Assembly: GCA_951406725.2 (NCBI GenBank)
Contig: OX597822.1
Coordinates: 14,632,001-14,696,000 of the forward strand
Source: Octopus vulgaris
Taxonomy: Eukaryota
Direction of reading: 5' to 3'
Length of the DNA stretch: 64,000 bases
In this document: piece by piece, positions 11,818 to 25,362 of the stretch
Numbering within the stretch: position 1 is the first letter of the stretch
How the letters are laid out: every line of letters starts with the position of its first letter
Notes under the pieces: generated by a model
Databases searched by the model: none
Told to the model about the DNA's origin: nothing
What the model saw: the letters and a program-made list of their open reading frames with translations, nothing else
Made by a program: the position numbers and the translations under genes

Positions 11818-12050
11818 TTGCATGATAAACGTCTGGAAAGTTTTACAGATTTTTACAGTTCCAGTGATGGACTAGATCTGTAGTCTTCGAATTAGCTTTC
11901 TCGTTTCTGGTTTTGAGAAGCTTAATTTCTCAAGATTGGTATTTAAGCAATGCGTTATATACCAGGGTTCCCGATAATTACAGGTATAAACCTGAACTTA
12001 TATGTATGTATCTTTTAAAACCTTGTCGACAGTTTGCGTTCCCCATTCAT
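11818..12050 (-). mobile_element. R4/NeSL-type (restriction-like endonuclease) retrotransposon C-terminal relic
   Basis: YKFRFIPVIIG..LEKLSFSK..RKLIRRLQI.SITGTVKICKTF resembles the RLE-LINE C-terminus. Confidence 0.55.
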
Positions 12051-12426
12051 ATAGATTTTTTCATCCGCTCTATGTAATACAAGCTTTATTCAATATTCGT
12101 CTCCCACAATAAATTTTAGCTACTTCAAGTGTGTGTCTGTGTGTCTTTTTATATGTGTATCGATGCAGGTTTCTATTTTCGTCTGTAATTAAATTTTTTT
12201 GTGTGTTTTATGAGTGGATCGTTGAGTTTGGGTTTTGTCTGTACATTCGTGTCTGCATAGGTATGCATGTGTATGACATGTAGGTGTTTTAAGACATGCA
12301 TTTGCATGTATATGTATGTATAATCATGCCTATCTGTATATGTGTATCTATTTATTTATTTTATATACTCTGGGCGTGTCGTGTTTATGCGTGCGCGTGT
12401 GCATATATAGATATATTTATGTATAT

Positions 12427-12499
<73 letters not shown>

Positions 12500-13484
12500 G
12501 TATATATATATATACATATATGTACATATATATACAGATATGTATATCACTGTATTCAAGTATACATGTATACACACAATCTTAGATAATCAAATACTTA
12601 TGCAGGCACGTGCATATATACAGGGATTTATTACTTTAGATAATCGTGAGTGTGTGTGTATGTGTGTGTGTGTGTGTGTATAGATATGTATGTATATCCA
12701 TATCTATATCTGTACGCAAGTATATAAATATGTATGTATGCATGTATGTATCTATGTGTGTGTATGTCTGCATGCGTGTGTGTATACATACATACATACA
12801 TACATACATACATACATACATACATACATACATACATGACTGGAGTGTGTATGTTAAAAGAGCATGCGTATTCATTGTTCATTTGCGCGTATCTAAAGTG
12901 CACGAGTGAGCTTTTTCTAGTAAAGAAAGGCTTTTATGAATTGTGAAATTACTTTTAGATACGAGCGCGCGCTCTAACACCTTCAGAGAATGATGGTGGT
13001 GGTGGTGGTGGTACTGGTGTTGTTGTTGTTGTTGTGGTGGTGGTGGTTGTTAAGATGTTGTGGGAGAAGATAATGATCTTCGAATGAGACGATCTTTGAT
13101 CAAACTTGCTCTAACCGCAACCATCTGCTTTCACATCAAATATAATCAACCTTATATTACAATAACCAAATGTTCTCTTCCATGGTAACAAAATTTAGGT
13201 TAGTTTCGGTTATAATTACTAATCACATTAAACTCCTAGCGTTGACTGGTTCCCTGGACTCCTATGCGATCTGAGAGGGATACAACCCTTAAGACATAGG
13301 CACACTGAGCAGGTGATCGAGAAAGTCGTAGATCTAGGGGCTTAATTTTGATCTGTGCATGCTTGTTGTCGCTTATTGTGTCTAAATATATACTATAGGG
13401 ACTGGTTCATTGAATGCTGCCCAGAAGCCCAGACTAAAACGTAGAGTAGATCAATGTATGTGTGTTTGTATATATATATATATT

Positions 13485-13852
13485 GAGACCCCCTCCGGTC
13501 ATGACTGACAATGGGATTGCACCTATAAGGTTACCCTCACAGCCATAAGTCCGGGCAAGGGTGTTTTATGGAAGACCAGCAGTCGCCCATTCATACAAGG
13601 CTACCATTCATACCAGGCTACCATTCGTACCAGGCTCCCCTCTCCACACCACTGATGTTATCCAAGGGAAAGGTAAAGGCTGATGCAGCCTGGCACTTGT
13701 GACGTCGCAACTCATTTCTACAGCTGAATAAACTAGAGCAATGTGAAATAAAGTGTCTTGCTCAAGAACACAACACGCAGCCCGATCCGGGATCGAGTCA
13801 CAACCTCACGATCGTAAGCTCGACGCTCTAACCACTGAGCCATGCGCCTTCA
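13485..13852 (-). mobile_element. tRNA-headed CORE-type SINE, family D
   Basis: Reverse complement GGCGCATGGCTCAGTGGTTAGAGC..TCTTGAGCAAGACACTTTATTTC; head and core shared with 53496-53817, tail different. Confidence 0.75.
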
Positions 13853-14042
13853 CATACACACGCACACACACACAGAACACACACACACATATACAAACAT
13901 ATATATGTGAGGGTTGTGTGTGTGTGTGCGTGTGTGTGTGTGTTTGTATATGTATATGTATATATATGTATATATATTATGTGTCATATAATATAATCCG
14001 TATATATATATATATATATGGGCGCAGGAATCACTGTGAATA

Positions 14043-14421
14043 GGCGCAGGAGTGGCTGTGTGGTAAGTAGCTTGCTTACCAACCATATGGCTCCGCGTTC
14101 AGTTCCACTGCGTGGAACCTTGAGCAAGTGTTTTCTACTATAGCCTCGGGCCGACCGAAGACTTATCAGTGGAATTGGTAGACAAAAACTGAAAGAGCCC
14201 TGTCGTATATGTGTATGCATATATCTATGTTTGTACCCCAACATCGTTTGACAACCGATGCTGGTGTGTTTACGTCCCCGTAACTTAGAGGTTCGGCAAA
14301 AGAGACCAATTGAATAAGTACTAGGCTTACAAAGAATAAGTCCTGAGGTCGATTTGGTGGACTAAAGGCGGTGCTCCAGCATGGCCGCAGTCAAATGACT
14401 GGAACAAGTAAAAGAGTAAAA
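14043..14421 (+). mobile_element. Full-length SINE family A
   Basis: Colinear with 2398-2800. Confidence 0.85.
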
Positions 14422-14437
14422 GATATATATGTATATG

Positions 14438-14492
<55 letters not shown>

Positions 14493-14564
14493 AGAATTCA
14501 CGAAAAAACAAAAAACGAAGACAGGTGGTATAGAAAACAAACAGATGTATTAGTATAACGCTCA

Positions 14565-14607
<43 letters not shown>

Positions 14608-15021
14608 AAGTCCATGCATGCATATCCACCAACACGCGTACACACACATACAAGCATACACAATACTTTAAAAAAGGTTTTGGTGGGAGTCACTTGGATG
14701 TCACAGTGTATCAGTTTAATAAAGCGTACCCTTGGGTTTTATGAGATACATAAATATTTATCATTATCATAAACATCGCTCTGGATTGACGGCCAGCAGC
14801 TTGTTCTACGTATATCTAGATGTGATATAGGTGTAAGAACTGGTGTGTATATTCATTTAACCGTGTAAATGAGGATTTTAATAAATATTCCGTTATTATG
14901 TAAGGGGCAGCGCTCGTTTTCAGCAATTTCTTTTCAGCTGTACATAAAGCGTGAGTTGTAGTGTATTTAATCTTTACAATCTTGTGTGTCCTAACTGTGC
15001 ACGTACATTTAGTGTTGTGTG

Positions 15022-15067
<46 letters not shown>

Positions 15068-15142
15068 ATGAGAGAGAGACAGATGGAAAGTGTATGAGTG
15101 TGCATGTGTGTATGTGTATGTCTGTCTGTCTGTATATATATA

Positions 15143-15226
<84 letters not shown>

Positions 15227-15500
15227 TAGATATAAATAGATACAGATATATATATATATATGGGCGTAGGAGTGGCTGTGTGGTAAATAGCTTGCTTACC
15301 AACCGCATGGCGCCTTGGGCAAGTGTCTTCTACTATAGCTTCGAGCCGACCAAGGCCTTGTGGGTGGATTTGGTAGACGGAAACTGAAAGAAGCCCGTCG
15401 TATATATGTATATATATGTGTATGTGTGTGTATAAGTGTGTGTGTATGTATTTGTGTATGCATATATTTATGTATGTATGTATGCATATATATGTATATA

Positions 15501-15564
15501 TTCTACTCACGGGTCAAGTTTCATCAAAATTGATAAAACAATGAAACTTGACCCGTGAGTAGAA
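15501..15564. repeat. Perfect 24-bp inverted repeat with 16-nt loop
   Basis: TTCTACTCACGGGTCAAGTTTCAT / ATGAAACTTGACCCGTGAGTAGAA. Confidence 0.95.
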
Positions 15565-16271
15565 CTCATGTCCGGAAACCTCATTGCATACTCAGATTAT
15601 TGAAAAAAAAAAAATCGATAATAGGGCCCCTGGAAGGGATCCTTATATATAGCCAAGTGAAATATCCCATTCATTTTCCTAAATTATTTGGTTAAAATGA
15701 AATTGAATATGCTTATTTCTTAGCATTTGAACTGTTAGAGTTATTTTCGAAAGTTATCCAGTACAACCCTTAAACAAGTTAATAGTATTTTTCTAAACAA
15801 TAGATCCACTTATTTCGGTTAGTGTCTTACTCACGAATATATCAACACTAGTGCTCCTGAGGGCAATATTTCTTGTAAACGCACAATAGACCTTTTCAGA
15901 GTTATTTATTTTGAATTGTTATTTTCTCATATCTGATTAGCCTGTTATTACGTAGCATGCTTCACGATTTTAGTATACATAACTTATTAGTATTTCCTCC
16001 TAAGTTCTATATTCTCTGGGAAGGCATTAAAGCCCTTTTCGGTGCTACTTTATTTGAATTCTTACTATCAGGAAACTAATTTCTTGTTATTACAGAAGTG
16101 ACTTCACAATTTGGGTATTCATGACTTATTGGGAATTCCTAAAAACAAGATCCTGTGTACGACAGTTCGGTATTCTCTGTAAATGCACAAAAACCGTCTT
16201 ACATACTTTGTATTGTTGTTACTGGATTAGCGGAAACATTATGAGAACGGAACCAAGGAATAAGCCCCGCT

Positions 16272-16301
16272 TTTCCGGGAATTACCGGGTACGTCAACTA
16301 G

Positions 16302-16302
<1 letters not shown>
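16272..16302 (+). mobile_element. Helitron-like 3' terminus
   Basis: CCGG-GAATTA-CCGG hairpin followed 9 nt later by CTAG|T. Confidence 0.45.
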
Positions 16303-16332
<30 letters not shown>

Positions 16333-16568
16333 TTTTATTCTTTTACTGGTTTCAGTCATTTGACTACGGCCATGCTGTAGCACCGCCTTTAGTCGTGCAA
16401 ATCCAGCCCCAGGACTTATTCTTTGTTAGCCTAGTACTTCTTCTCTCGCACACTTCGCCAAACCGCTAAGTTACGGGGTCGTAAACACACCAGCATTAGT
16501 TATCAAGCAACGTTTGAGGGATAAACACACACACGCACATATATACATGCTTGCATACACACATATAC

Positions 16569-16610
<42 letters not shown>

Positions 16611-17184
16611 AGTCTGATCAATAAATATCCGGATTGTTGCCATAGTAATGAAGCTAAAGCGTGTAGAGTATTTTATTTAACTACAACACCGTGGAAGAAA
16701 ACATTTCTGGTTCTGATGTTTAGTGCACACAGATAAACAGTCTTGCTTGCCTTATCACGTGAGCTGATTCTAAGGGAAACAGACTTACTTGTTCAATTCC
16801 AGCAACCTGGAGGGACTGTTCATAAAACTTACTAAATGTCATAGATAAATACGGTATCACAAGAATCTAAAGGCCCGTGAACTCAAGTCGTATCTCTGGT
16901 GGGTTATGAAAATACGTGGCATAAAAAAGTAGGAAAATAATGATGGTTTCGATCGCGTTGTGGATAAAAGCTTTGTATAGCTAATCGTGGATCGTTAAAG
17001 AGATTTGATGGATCCAAATATCATCGCAACATAAGCAGTGCTACCACTTTTGCAATGATGTGTGTCGCAGACTGTGATTGAAGAGAAATGAGAAAGTTTA
17101 ATAGTTGGTTGATTGCATCGAGAACATTAAATTAGGCGTCAGCTGACTTGTGTCATTTGGATTGGTTTGGAAACGTTAATATCC

Positions 17185-18955
17185 TACACAATGTCACTTT
17201 TTGATAGTGAGGGTGGCACACTACTGATATCACATTTTGGTACTAGGGATGGAACACTAAAATATGACATATTTTAGTAGTAAAGATGGTGCACTACGCG
17301 TTGACATTCTTTGGTGGTAAGGAGTGCGAATGGTAACATACACGATGTCACTTTTTAGAGCTAAGGATGGTTCGCTACAAGATGTAAACTTTTGGTAGAA
17401 AGGATGGCACACTACACGATCTAACATTTTGGTACTTCGGATAGTACACAACACGATACCACATTTTAGCAGTAAGGATGGCACACTACACGATGTCACT
17501 TTTTGGTTGTAAGGATAGCACAATACACGATATCACACATTCATAGTAAGGATGGTACACTACACGATATCATTTTTGGTAGTACGGGAAGCACACTACA
17601 CAATGCTACTTTTTGGTAGTAAGGATAGCACATTAGGCGATGTCACTTTTCAGGTAGTGAGGATTGCACTACACGATATCACATTTTGATAGTAAGCGAT
17701 GCACACTAAAAGATGTCACATTTTTGGTAGTAAAGATGGCACACTACACGAGCTCACTTTTCGGTAGTAAGGACGTCACACTACACATTGTCACTTTTTA
17801 ATAGTAAAACTGGCGCAATACACGATGACACATTTTGGTAGTAAGGACGGAACACTAAAAAGTGCCACATTTTGGTAGTAAGGCAGGCACACTACGCGTG
17901 CCAATTTTGCTACTAAGGATGGTACGCTAAAAGATGTCACATTTTTTGAGTAAGGATGGAACACTACACGATCTAAATTTTTGGTAGTAAGGATAGCACA
18001 CTACACAAGTCACACTTTAGAAGTGAGGATGACACACTATACCATGTCACTTTTTGCTAGTAAGAATGGTATACAACACAATGTATGGAACACAACATGA
18101 TGTCAGATTTTAGGAGTAAGGATGACACACTACATGAATTTACATCTTGGTAGCAAGGATGGTACACTACACGATGTCGCTTTTTGGTAGTAATGATGGC
18201 AAACCATACAATGTCACATTTTGTGAATAAGGATGGCACACTACACAATTTCACTTTTAGGTTTTAAAGGTAGCATACTACAGGATGTCACAATTTGGTA
18301 GTAAGGATGCTACACTACAAGATGTCATTCTTTGGTGGTAAGGACGGCACACTACACGAGGTCACATTTTAGGAGTAAGGATGGCACACTACATCATGTA
18401 ACTTTTTGTAGTAAGGATGGTGCAATACACGATGTAATTTTGGTAGTAAGGATGGTACACTACACGATGAAACATTATGGTAATAAGGATGGTAAACTAT
18501 AAGATGTCACATTATCAATGTAAGGATGGCATACTACTCGATGGCACATTTTGGTAGTAAGGATGGCACACACCACGATGAACTTTTAAGTAGTAAGGAT
18601 AGAACACTACATGATGTCACTTTTAGGAAGTAGGGATGGCAAACAACACGATGGCACATTTTGGGAATACTGATCGCACACTACACGATGTCACTTGGTG
18701 GTAGTAAGAATGACACACTACGCGATGTCACTTTTTGGTAGTAACAATTGTATACTACACGAAGTCAGATTCTAGTAGTAAGGATGGCACACTACACAAT
18801 GACATACTTTGGCGGTGATGATGGCACATTACAAGATCTCACATTTTGGTAGCAAGGATGGAACATAACACGATATCACTTTTTAAAGTAAGCGGGGTAC
18901 ACTACCAGATGTCAGGTTTTGGTAGTAAGGATGTAGAACACTACATGATGAGCAC
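17185..18955. repeat. Minisatellite, ~37-bp unit, ~48 diverged copies
   Basis: Consensus CACTACACGATGTCACWTTTTGGTAGTAAGGATGGCA repeated head-to-tail with no spacers. Confidence 0.95.
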
Positions 18956-19422
18956 TCACTTTGGCCTACCTCAGAATCTCTCCTTCTTCAGATCTTCTGT
19001 TTCCAGTATGGTACACTGGATTGTCATAATGTGTGATATTGAGTGTCAGCACACACACACACACACACACAAAAAAAAAACCAAGAGAGGGAGGAGAGTG
19101 ACAGAAGTCCTATCATATATGGGCAAAATTGCTGCATTTCCAGGTAACACTGCAGTGGATATTTCGTTAAGTGAAAGAACTTTTTACTGAAATTAGCTTC
19201 TTCAAAACGGCGTTACTTATACTAGTAGTAGCATTACGGAAAACCATTCCTCCCAAGTCAGATGTCAAGAATTATTTAATCCCTGTTTAAGAGATTTTTA
19301 TTCTCTGGAACCAAAAATGGTTCAACTTGTGCATAAGTTTGAAGTTATTGAACGTGATAGCTGGATGCCCGAAGGAGCCTTTGACTGAGAGTTGCAGCTG
19401 CAAACTACGAAAGGCAAAAAAT

Positions 19423-19636
19423 GACTGGGGATGTAAGAACACCTGCACTGCTAGAAATAAGAGCTGAAAGGTTCTGTTGATGCTATCAACGTACATAAAA
19501 TTGGATCCATACATGACGTCTGGTTATGTGCGACCGCTGCCAACACGTATGGATACAATTTTATGTGCGTTGACAGCAGCGACAGAACCATTCAGCTCTT
19601 ATTTCTAGCACTGCAGGTGTTCTTACGGCGTCAGTC
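19423..19636. mobile_element. Fold-back/MITE-like element with ~90-bp inverted arms
   Basis: GTAAGAACACCTGCACTGCTAGAAATAAGAGCTGAA.. pairs with ..TTCAGCTCTTATTTCTAGCACTGCAGGTGTTCTTAC; loop about 28 nt. Confidence 0.75.
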
Positions 19637-19839
19637 TTATTTGATGACATACGCGCGCGCGCGCGTGTGTGTGTGTGCGTGCGTTTGTGTGTGTGTGTGT
19701 GTGTGTGTGTTAGATAAAAATATTGGGAAAGGTTGATTGTAGAGAAACTTTTTTACAAAAACAGAGCAGAAATGAATGCATATCTCTGCACACATATACA
19801 CGCTCGCATGAACTGTGTGCCTTTCTGTCTGTCTCTGTT

Positions 19840-19876
<37 letters not shown>

Positions 19877-19892
19877 GTATGTATATATATAT

Positions 19893-20100
19893 AGTTAATC
19901 CAAACATGAAAACACAAAGACAAAACACAACAACGCAAGGACGTGGAACAAGTATAGTATTATTGGACGCTCAGGAAAGAAGGAAAGAAGGAGGGTTTAA
20001 CGTTTCGAGCGGAGCTCTTCGTCAGAAACAAAGGAGAAGGAAAGATCCAGAGAAGGGAAGATGGAGGAAAATATTCGCCAACGGTACACACGCGGTCATA
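19893..20100 (-). mobile_element. F1 HHR element in (TA)n
   Basis: Homologous to the 5501 and 1297 copies; TA flanks. Confidence 0.7.
19995..20029 (-). ncRNA. Minimal type-I hammerhead ribozyme, intact canonical core
   Basis: Reverse complement: GTTT-CTGACGA-A-GAGC(TCC)GCTC-GAAA-CG-TT-AAAC; palindromic AACGTT stem III as in dimer-competent PLE HHRs. Confidence 0.8.
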
Positions 20101-20114
20101 TTATATATATATGT

Positions 20115-20180
<66 letters not shown>

Positions 20181-20799
20181 GTGTATATGTGTATATATAT
20201 GTATACATACATATTTTCCTCCAGCCGTTACACCCAGTCTCAACCTCCTCCTCCTCATCATTATCATAATCATCTTCATTTATTGGATTCAACATTTTTC
20301 GTATGTTTTTCTCCTTTTCTTTTTCTTTTTGTGTTTTGAACTGTTGTGTGTTGTGTAAATTTATATCTATTCGCATGCGCCAACCCATGAGGACTCGTAT
20401 ATTGTCACCATTGTTTTTTTTTTATATAATAAATACATAAATATTTATAGATATATAAATACACAAACATATTGATGTTTATTTGAAAGCTGTTCACCCA
20501 TACAATTTGCCGACACAGCGATACCAACTCTGGCCCATCCTCAATTCATAATTTACATTATTAGTATTGTGTATCTATTATTTTGCTTGTGGCGGGCATA
20601 AAGCAGTTTCCTTTCATCTCCAACATTTACATACCTATTACAATTCTCTTGATCAATCACTCGAAATCGGTCAATCATCTTGCATTCATCAAGCTTAGAC
20701 AAAACCACCGCACATTCTGTCACACAAAAAAAAAGAACACCACCACCGCCACCACCTCCATATTATTTAGCCGTTACATCAATCACCTTTGTTAGTATT

Positions 20800-21228
20800 T
20801 GTTATGATCATCGAAGTTATCATCGTTATCATCATAGTTAGCTTTAATTGCATTGACGGCATCCTCACCGTCGTCGTCGTCGTCGTCATCATCAGCTGCT
20901 GCAGCAGGAGCGGTGACAGCAACATTATCGTTATCACAAGCGTCATTAACAGTAACAATTCAACTATCACGCCACCTCCATCACCACCACCACCACCACC
21001 ACTACTATTAATATCATCACAACTACCACCATTACAACCACGACCACCCTCTACTACCAATAACAACAACACTGACAACAATACTGCCCACACCCGTACT
21101 GCTGTCGCTCTAGTCATCGTCGTAATCATCATCATCATCATCACCGTCTTCGTCATCATCGTCTTCGTCATCATCGTCTTCATCATCATCATCATCATCA
21201 TAACCATCATCACCATCATCACCACCAC

Positions 21229-21263
<35 letters not shown>

Positions 21264-21390
21264 CCATCATCACCATCACCATCATCATCACCACCATCAT
21301 CATCATCATCATCTTCATCATCATCCCAACCACCATCATCATCACCACTACTATCATCACCACTATCATCATCATAATCATCATCATCAT

Positions 21391-21421
<31 letters not shown>

Positions 21422-21490
21422 AAAAGCTTCTTCAACGTTCAGAACACCATCGTTAATACAATGACCACCAACACCAACACCACCAACAAC
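20800..21490. repeat. Compound trinucleotide microsatellite (CAT/CAC/CGT)n
   Basis: Direct reading; similar tracts at 48790-49020 and 51960-52310. Confidence 0.9.
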
Positions 21491-21497
21491 GGCAGCG

Positions 21498-21880
21498 GAG
21501 GCGCAATGGTCCAATGGTTAGGGCAGCGGACTCGCGGTCGGAGGATCGCGGTTTCGATTCCCAAACCGGGCGTTGTGTGTGTTTATTAAGCGAAAACACC
21601 TAAAGCTCCACGAGCTCCGGCAGGGTGGGGTGGCGACCCCTGTTGTACTCTTTCACTCCAACTTTCTCTCACTCTTTCTTCCTGTTTCTTGTCCCCGACT
21701 TCCTACGCAACCGCTGAGTCTGGATGTGCATTCATCCATCCGTCGATGCTCTCGGTGTCGGGGGGAGTTGACCTGCCTTCTCTTCTGCGGGTCTTACGAA
21801 TAGCAAAGGACCACGTTTCAGACTTCTCCCATCTTGCGAGCTCTGGGACGAAGACCGTTCGCTCAACAGCAACAGCAACA
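21498..21880 (+). mobile_element. Full-length tRNA-headed SINE, family C
   Basis: GGAGGCGCAATGGTCCAATGGTTAGGGCAGCGGACTCGCGG..GTTTCGATTCCC head and (CAACAG)n tail; other copies at 35400, 37645 and 49586. Confidence 0.85.
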
Positions 21881-22250
21881 GCGGCACTACCTTCGCCGAC
21901 ACTGTTACCGTCATCATCATCATAATCATCCTCAGCATCAGCAGCATAACGGTTAACACCAAACACTGATGCCAGCAAGAAAGCTGGTTGTATGAACTGG
22001 CGTGCAGAGATGTTGGGAGTTTGTATGACCAGGAAGGGTCAAGACTTCCCCCGAATCATGCTCGCTTGGCTTCAACCAAAACAATCACGACACATTGGAT
22101 GTTGTAGTCCTCGATACACTATGACTCAGAGGAGGAGAGGAGATGATTATCGCTGGATAATCTGTATACAATTGTCTGATTGATCGGGACTGACTTGGGG
22201 GCGAAATAGTAAACGCCAGATCGACACTACACAACCACACCATCGCGATG

Positions 22251-22404
<154 letters not shown>

Positions 22405-22405
22405 A

Positions 22406-23160
22406 TTGTCTGTCTACAGGCACGGTTCGAGACACACTGGACCGACTTGCCCGAGATGCGGTCAGAGCGACGATACCGTTCTGCACGCACTCGTGCAGTG
22501 TCCATCCATTCAGACCTGTGGGCTTATGCCGAACGGCTGCTGTCAGGTGTGGGACGAGTCCGCCTGTCGGCCGAGTCTATCGTGTAATTGCACCGCCCCC
22601 TTCCCTCAACCGGGAAGGCAAGGCAGTTTTCATCGAACTGGTGGCTATGGTGAAAGAATGTGTGAGGTGGACTCGAGCGAAAGGATTAGAGACAAACACC
22701 TACCTCTCTGGCCAATCGCTCATCAACTTTTTCAAGTACCACTTGAAAAGGAAGGTGAGAATGGAAAGGCAGGTTTTGTCTCGTGAAAGTTTCAAAAAAA
22801 GGTGGGTGAATGTAGCAAAGATGTGCGTGTGAGCATGATCCTGTAAATCGTAAAAGAGAGAGAGAGAGCACTTTGCTCTCATGTGTTCTTTTTCCTCCTG
22901 CCTGAGGTTACCGTGGTCTTTTCTCTAGGCTTTTCTTTCCACAGATGAACCTAATCTTGTTTGTTACTGTGAAAAAAATTATTTTTTCTCTCTGTGATAC
23001 ACGATCCCTTTTGATCGCTTTTTTTCTTCCGATCCCTTTTGATCGAAATTTTACATTTGCTTCCTTTTTTCTTCTTTTTCCTTTTCCATCTCCAAAAAGA
23101 AAGGCTCTACATTTGTAATTGTCCCTTCTGTGTCCAGTCCTGTGTGGCCAATAAAGAAAT
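22406..23160 (+). mobile_element. L1/Tx1-like LINE 3' fragment in (ATCT)n, copy 1
   Basis: C-terminal Zn motif CPRCGQSDDTVLHALVQC; ..LKRKVRMER..FKKRW; pyrimidine-rich 3' UTR; AATAAA. Confidence 0.8.
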
Positions 23161-23287
<127 letters not shown>

Positions 23288-23288
23288 A

Positions 23289-24047
23289 TTGTCTGTCTAC
23301 AGGCACGGTTCGAGACACACTGGACCGATTTGCCCGAAATGCGGTCAGAGCAACGATACCGTTCTGCACGCACTCGTGCAGTGTCCATCCATTTCGGACA
23401 TGTGGGCTTATGCTGAACGGCTGCTGTCAGTTGTGGGACGAGTCCGCCTATCGGCCGAGTCTATCTTGTGAATTGCACTGCCCCCTTCCCTCAACCGGGA
23501 AGGCAAGGCAGTTTTCATCGAACTGGTGGCTATGGTGAAAGAATGTGTGAGGTGGACTCGAGCGAAAGGATTAGAGACAAACACCTACCTCTCTGGCCAA
23601 TCGCTCATCAACTTTTTCAAGTACCACTTGAAAAGGAAGGTGAGAATGGAAAGGCAGGTTTTGTCTCGTGAAAGTTTCAAAAAAAGGTGGGTGAATGTAG
23701 CAAAGATGTGCGTGTGAGCATGATCCTGTAAATCGTAAAAGAGAGAGAGAGAGCACTTTGCTCTTATGTGTTCTTTTTCCTCCCTGCCTGAGGTTACCGT
23801 GGTCTTTTCTCTAGGCTTTTCTTTCCACAGATGAACCTAATCTTGTTTGTTACTGTGAAAAAAATTATTTTTTCTCTCTGTGATACACGATCCCTTTTGA
23901 TCGCTTTTTTTTCTTCCGATCCCTTTTGATCGAAATTTTACATTTGCTTCCTTTTTTTCTTCTTTTTCCTTTTCCATCTCCAAAAAGAAAGGCTCTACAT
24001 TTGTAATTGTCCCTTCTGTGTCCAGTCCTGTGTGGCCAATAAAGAAT
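23289..24047 (+). mobile_element. L1/Tx1-like LINE 3' fragment in (ATCT)n, copy 2 (tandem)
   Basis: Same 5' truncation point and near-identical sequence to copy 1. Confidence 0.8.
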
Positions 24048-24058
24048 CTATCTATCAT

Positions 24059-24105
<47 letters not shown>

Positions 24106-24683
24106 ATCTGTATACGTAAACTGTATTTATTTACATCTATGTCCATATAGCTAAATGTGTGTATATATATATGTGTGTGTGTGTGTACATATATGTGTGC
24201 GAGCGTGTAAAGACACAAGGCCGTATATTATCTTAAGAGAGTATTGTTAGTATTATCAATCGCGATACTTGACTGGTTCGTATTTGACCTGCGGAACGAT
24301 TAACGGCAAATTTGACGTCCGCGTGTAGAGGGACGCAACTAAACACCACAAGTTATTTTGTATGCGATGCTCCACCGATTCTACTTTATTTTTTATAAAT
24401 AAGTAATTTCAAATCTGAACACATAGCATCCATGTCTTTTTTGTTGGTGAATTGTCAAGTTACATGACAGAATGTATCAACTTCACTCTATCCCATACAC
24501 GCATTCGTTCCCGCCCGGGACGTTAAAGGTAAAGACAAACTCGGTAGCATTTACACTCGAGACACGAAGAGAGAAAACTTTTCCCCGAGCTGGCAGATAT
24601 CATATTGCAGCGTTCTATTGGTCTCTCCCCGCTTCTTTTCCCTAATAACCCAAAACAATCGAGGGACTACTGCCGCTACTACA

Positions 24684-24721
<38 letters not shown>

Positions 24722-25173
24722 CTCTACACCATCACCACCATTGCTGCTGCTGCTGCTGCTGGCAATGGCTTTTATGTTTGTAAGGACCAGGTGACGCGTT
24801 CGAGACAATCGATTGCATAAAATGAACCTGTTGAACGCCCCTGCGTCTACATTTTAAGAGGGTCCCTCCCAGCCACGCCCTAATGTCATAACTCCACATC
24901 TCTACCGGTTCACTACGCCACTCATCCCCCTCCTCATACCGCATTCTACTGTTTTAACTACACTTCACAACGGTAACCGATCCCGCCCCATCCAACACAC
25001 ACACATATGTATATATATATTTATTTATTTACATATGCGTGTGTGTATGTGTTTATGTATACACATTTATGTAGATATACACATAAATACATGCGTAATT
25101 ACATACACATAGATGTATGTGCATGTGCGTGTACATATATACGTATATGTGTGTGTATACATATTTATGTATA

Positions 25174-25240
<67 letters not shown>

Positions 25241-25242
25241 AC

Positions 25243-25362
<120 letters not shown>

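Noticed and set aside
17185-18955. CRISPR array (37-bp repeats)
   Set aside because: Units are contiguous with no unique spacers, repeats are degenerate, there are no cas genes, and the context is eukaryotic.
21498-21570. Functional tRNA genes at SINE heads (also 13780, 53496, 60318)
   Set aside because: Acceptor and anticodon stems do not close, and each continues into a multi-copy repeat body.
20779-21589. Long ORFs (218-266 aa; poly-Met/Ile/Asp)
   Set aside because: Open only because trinucleotide repeats lack stops; the same applies to all YI/HT/CV/LSIY-repeat ORFs in the track.
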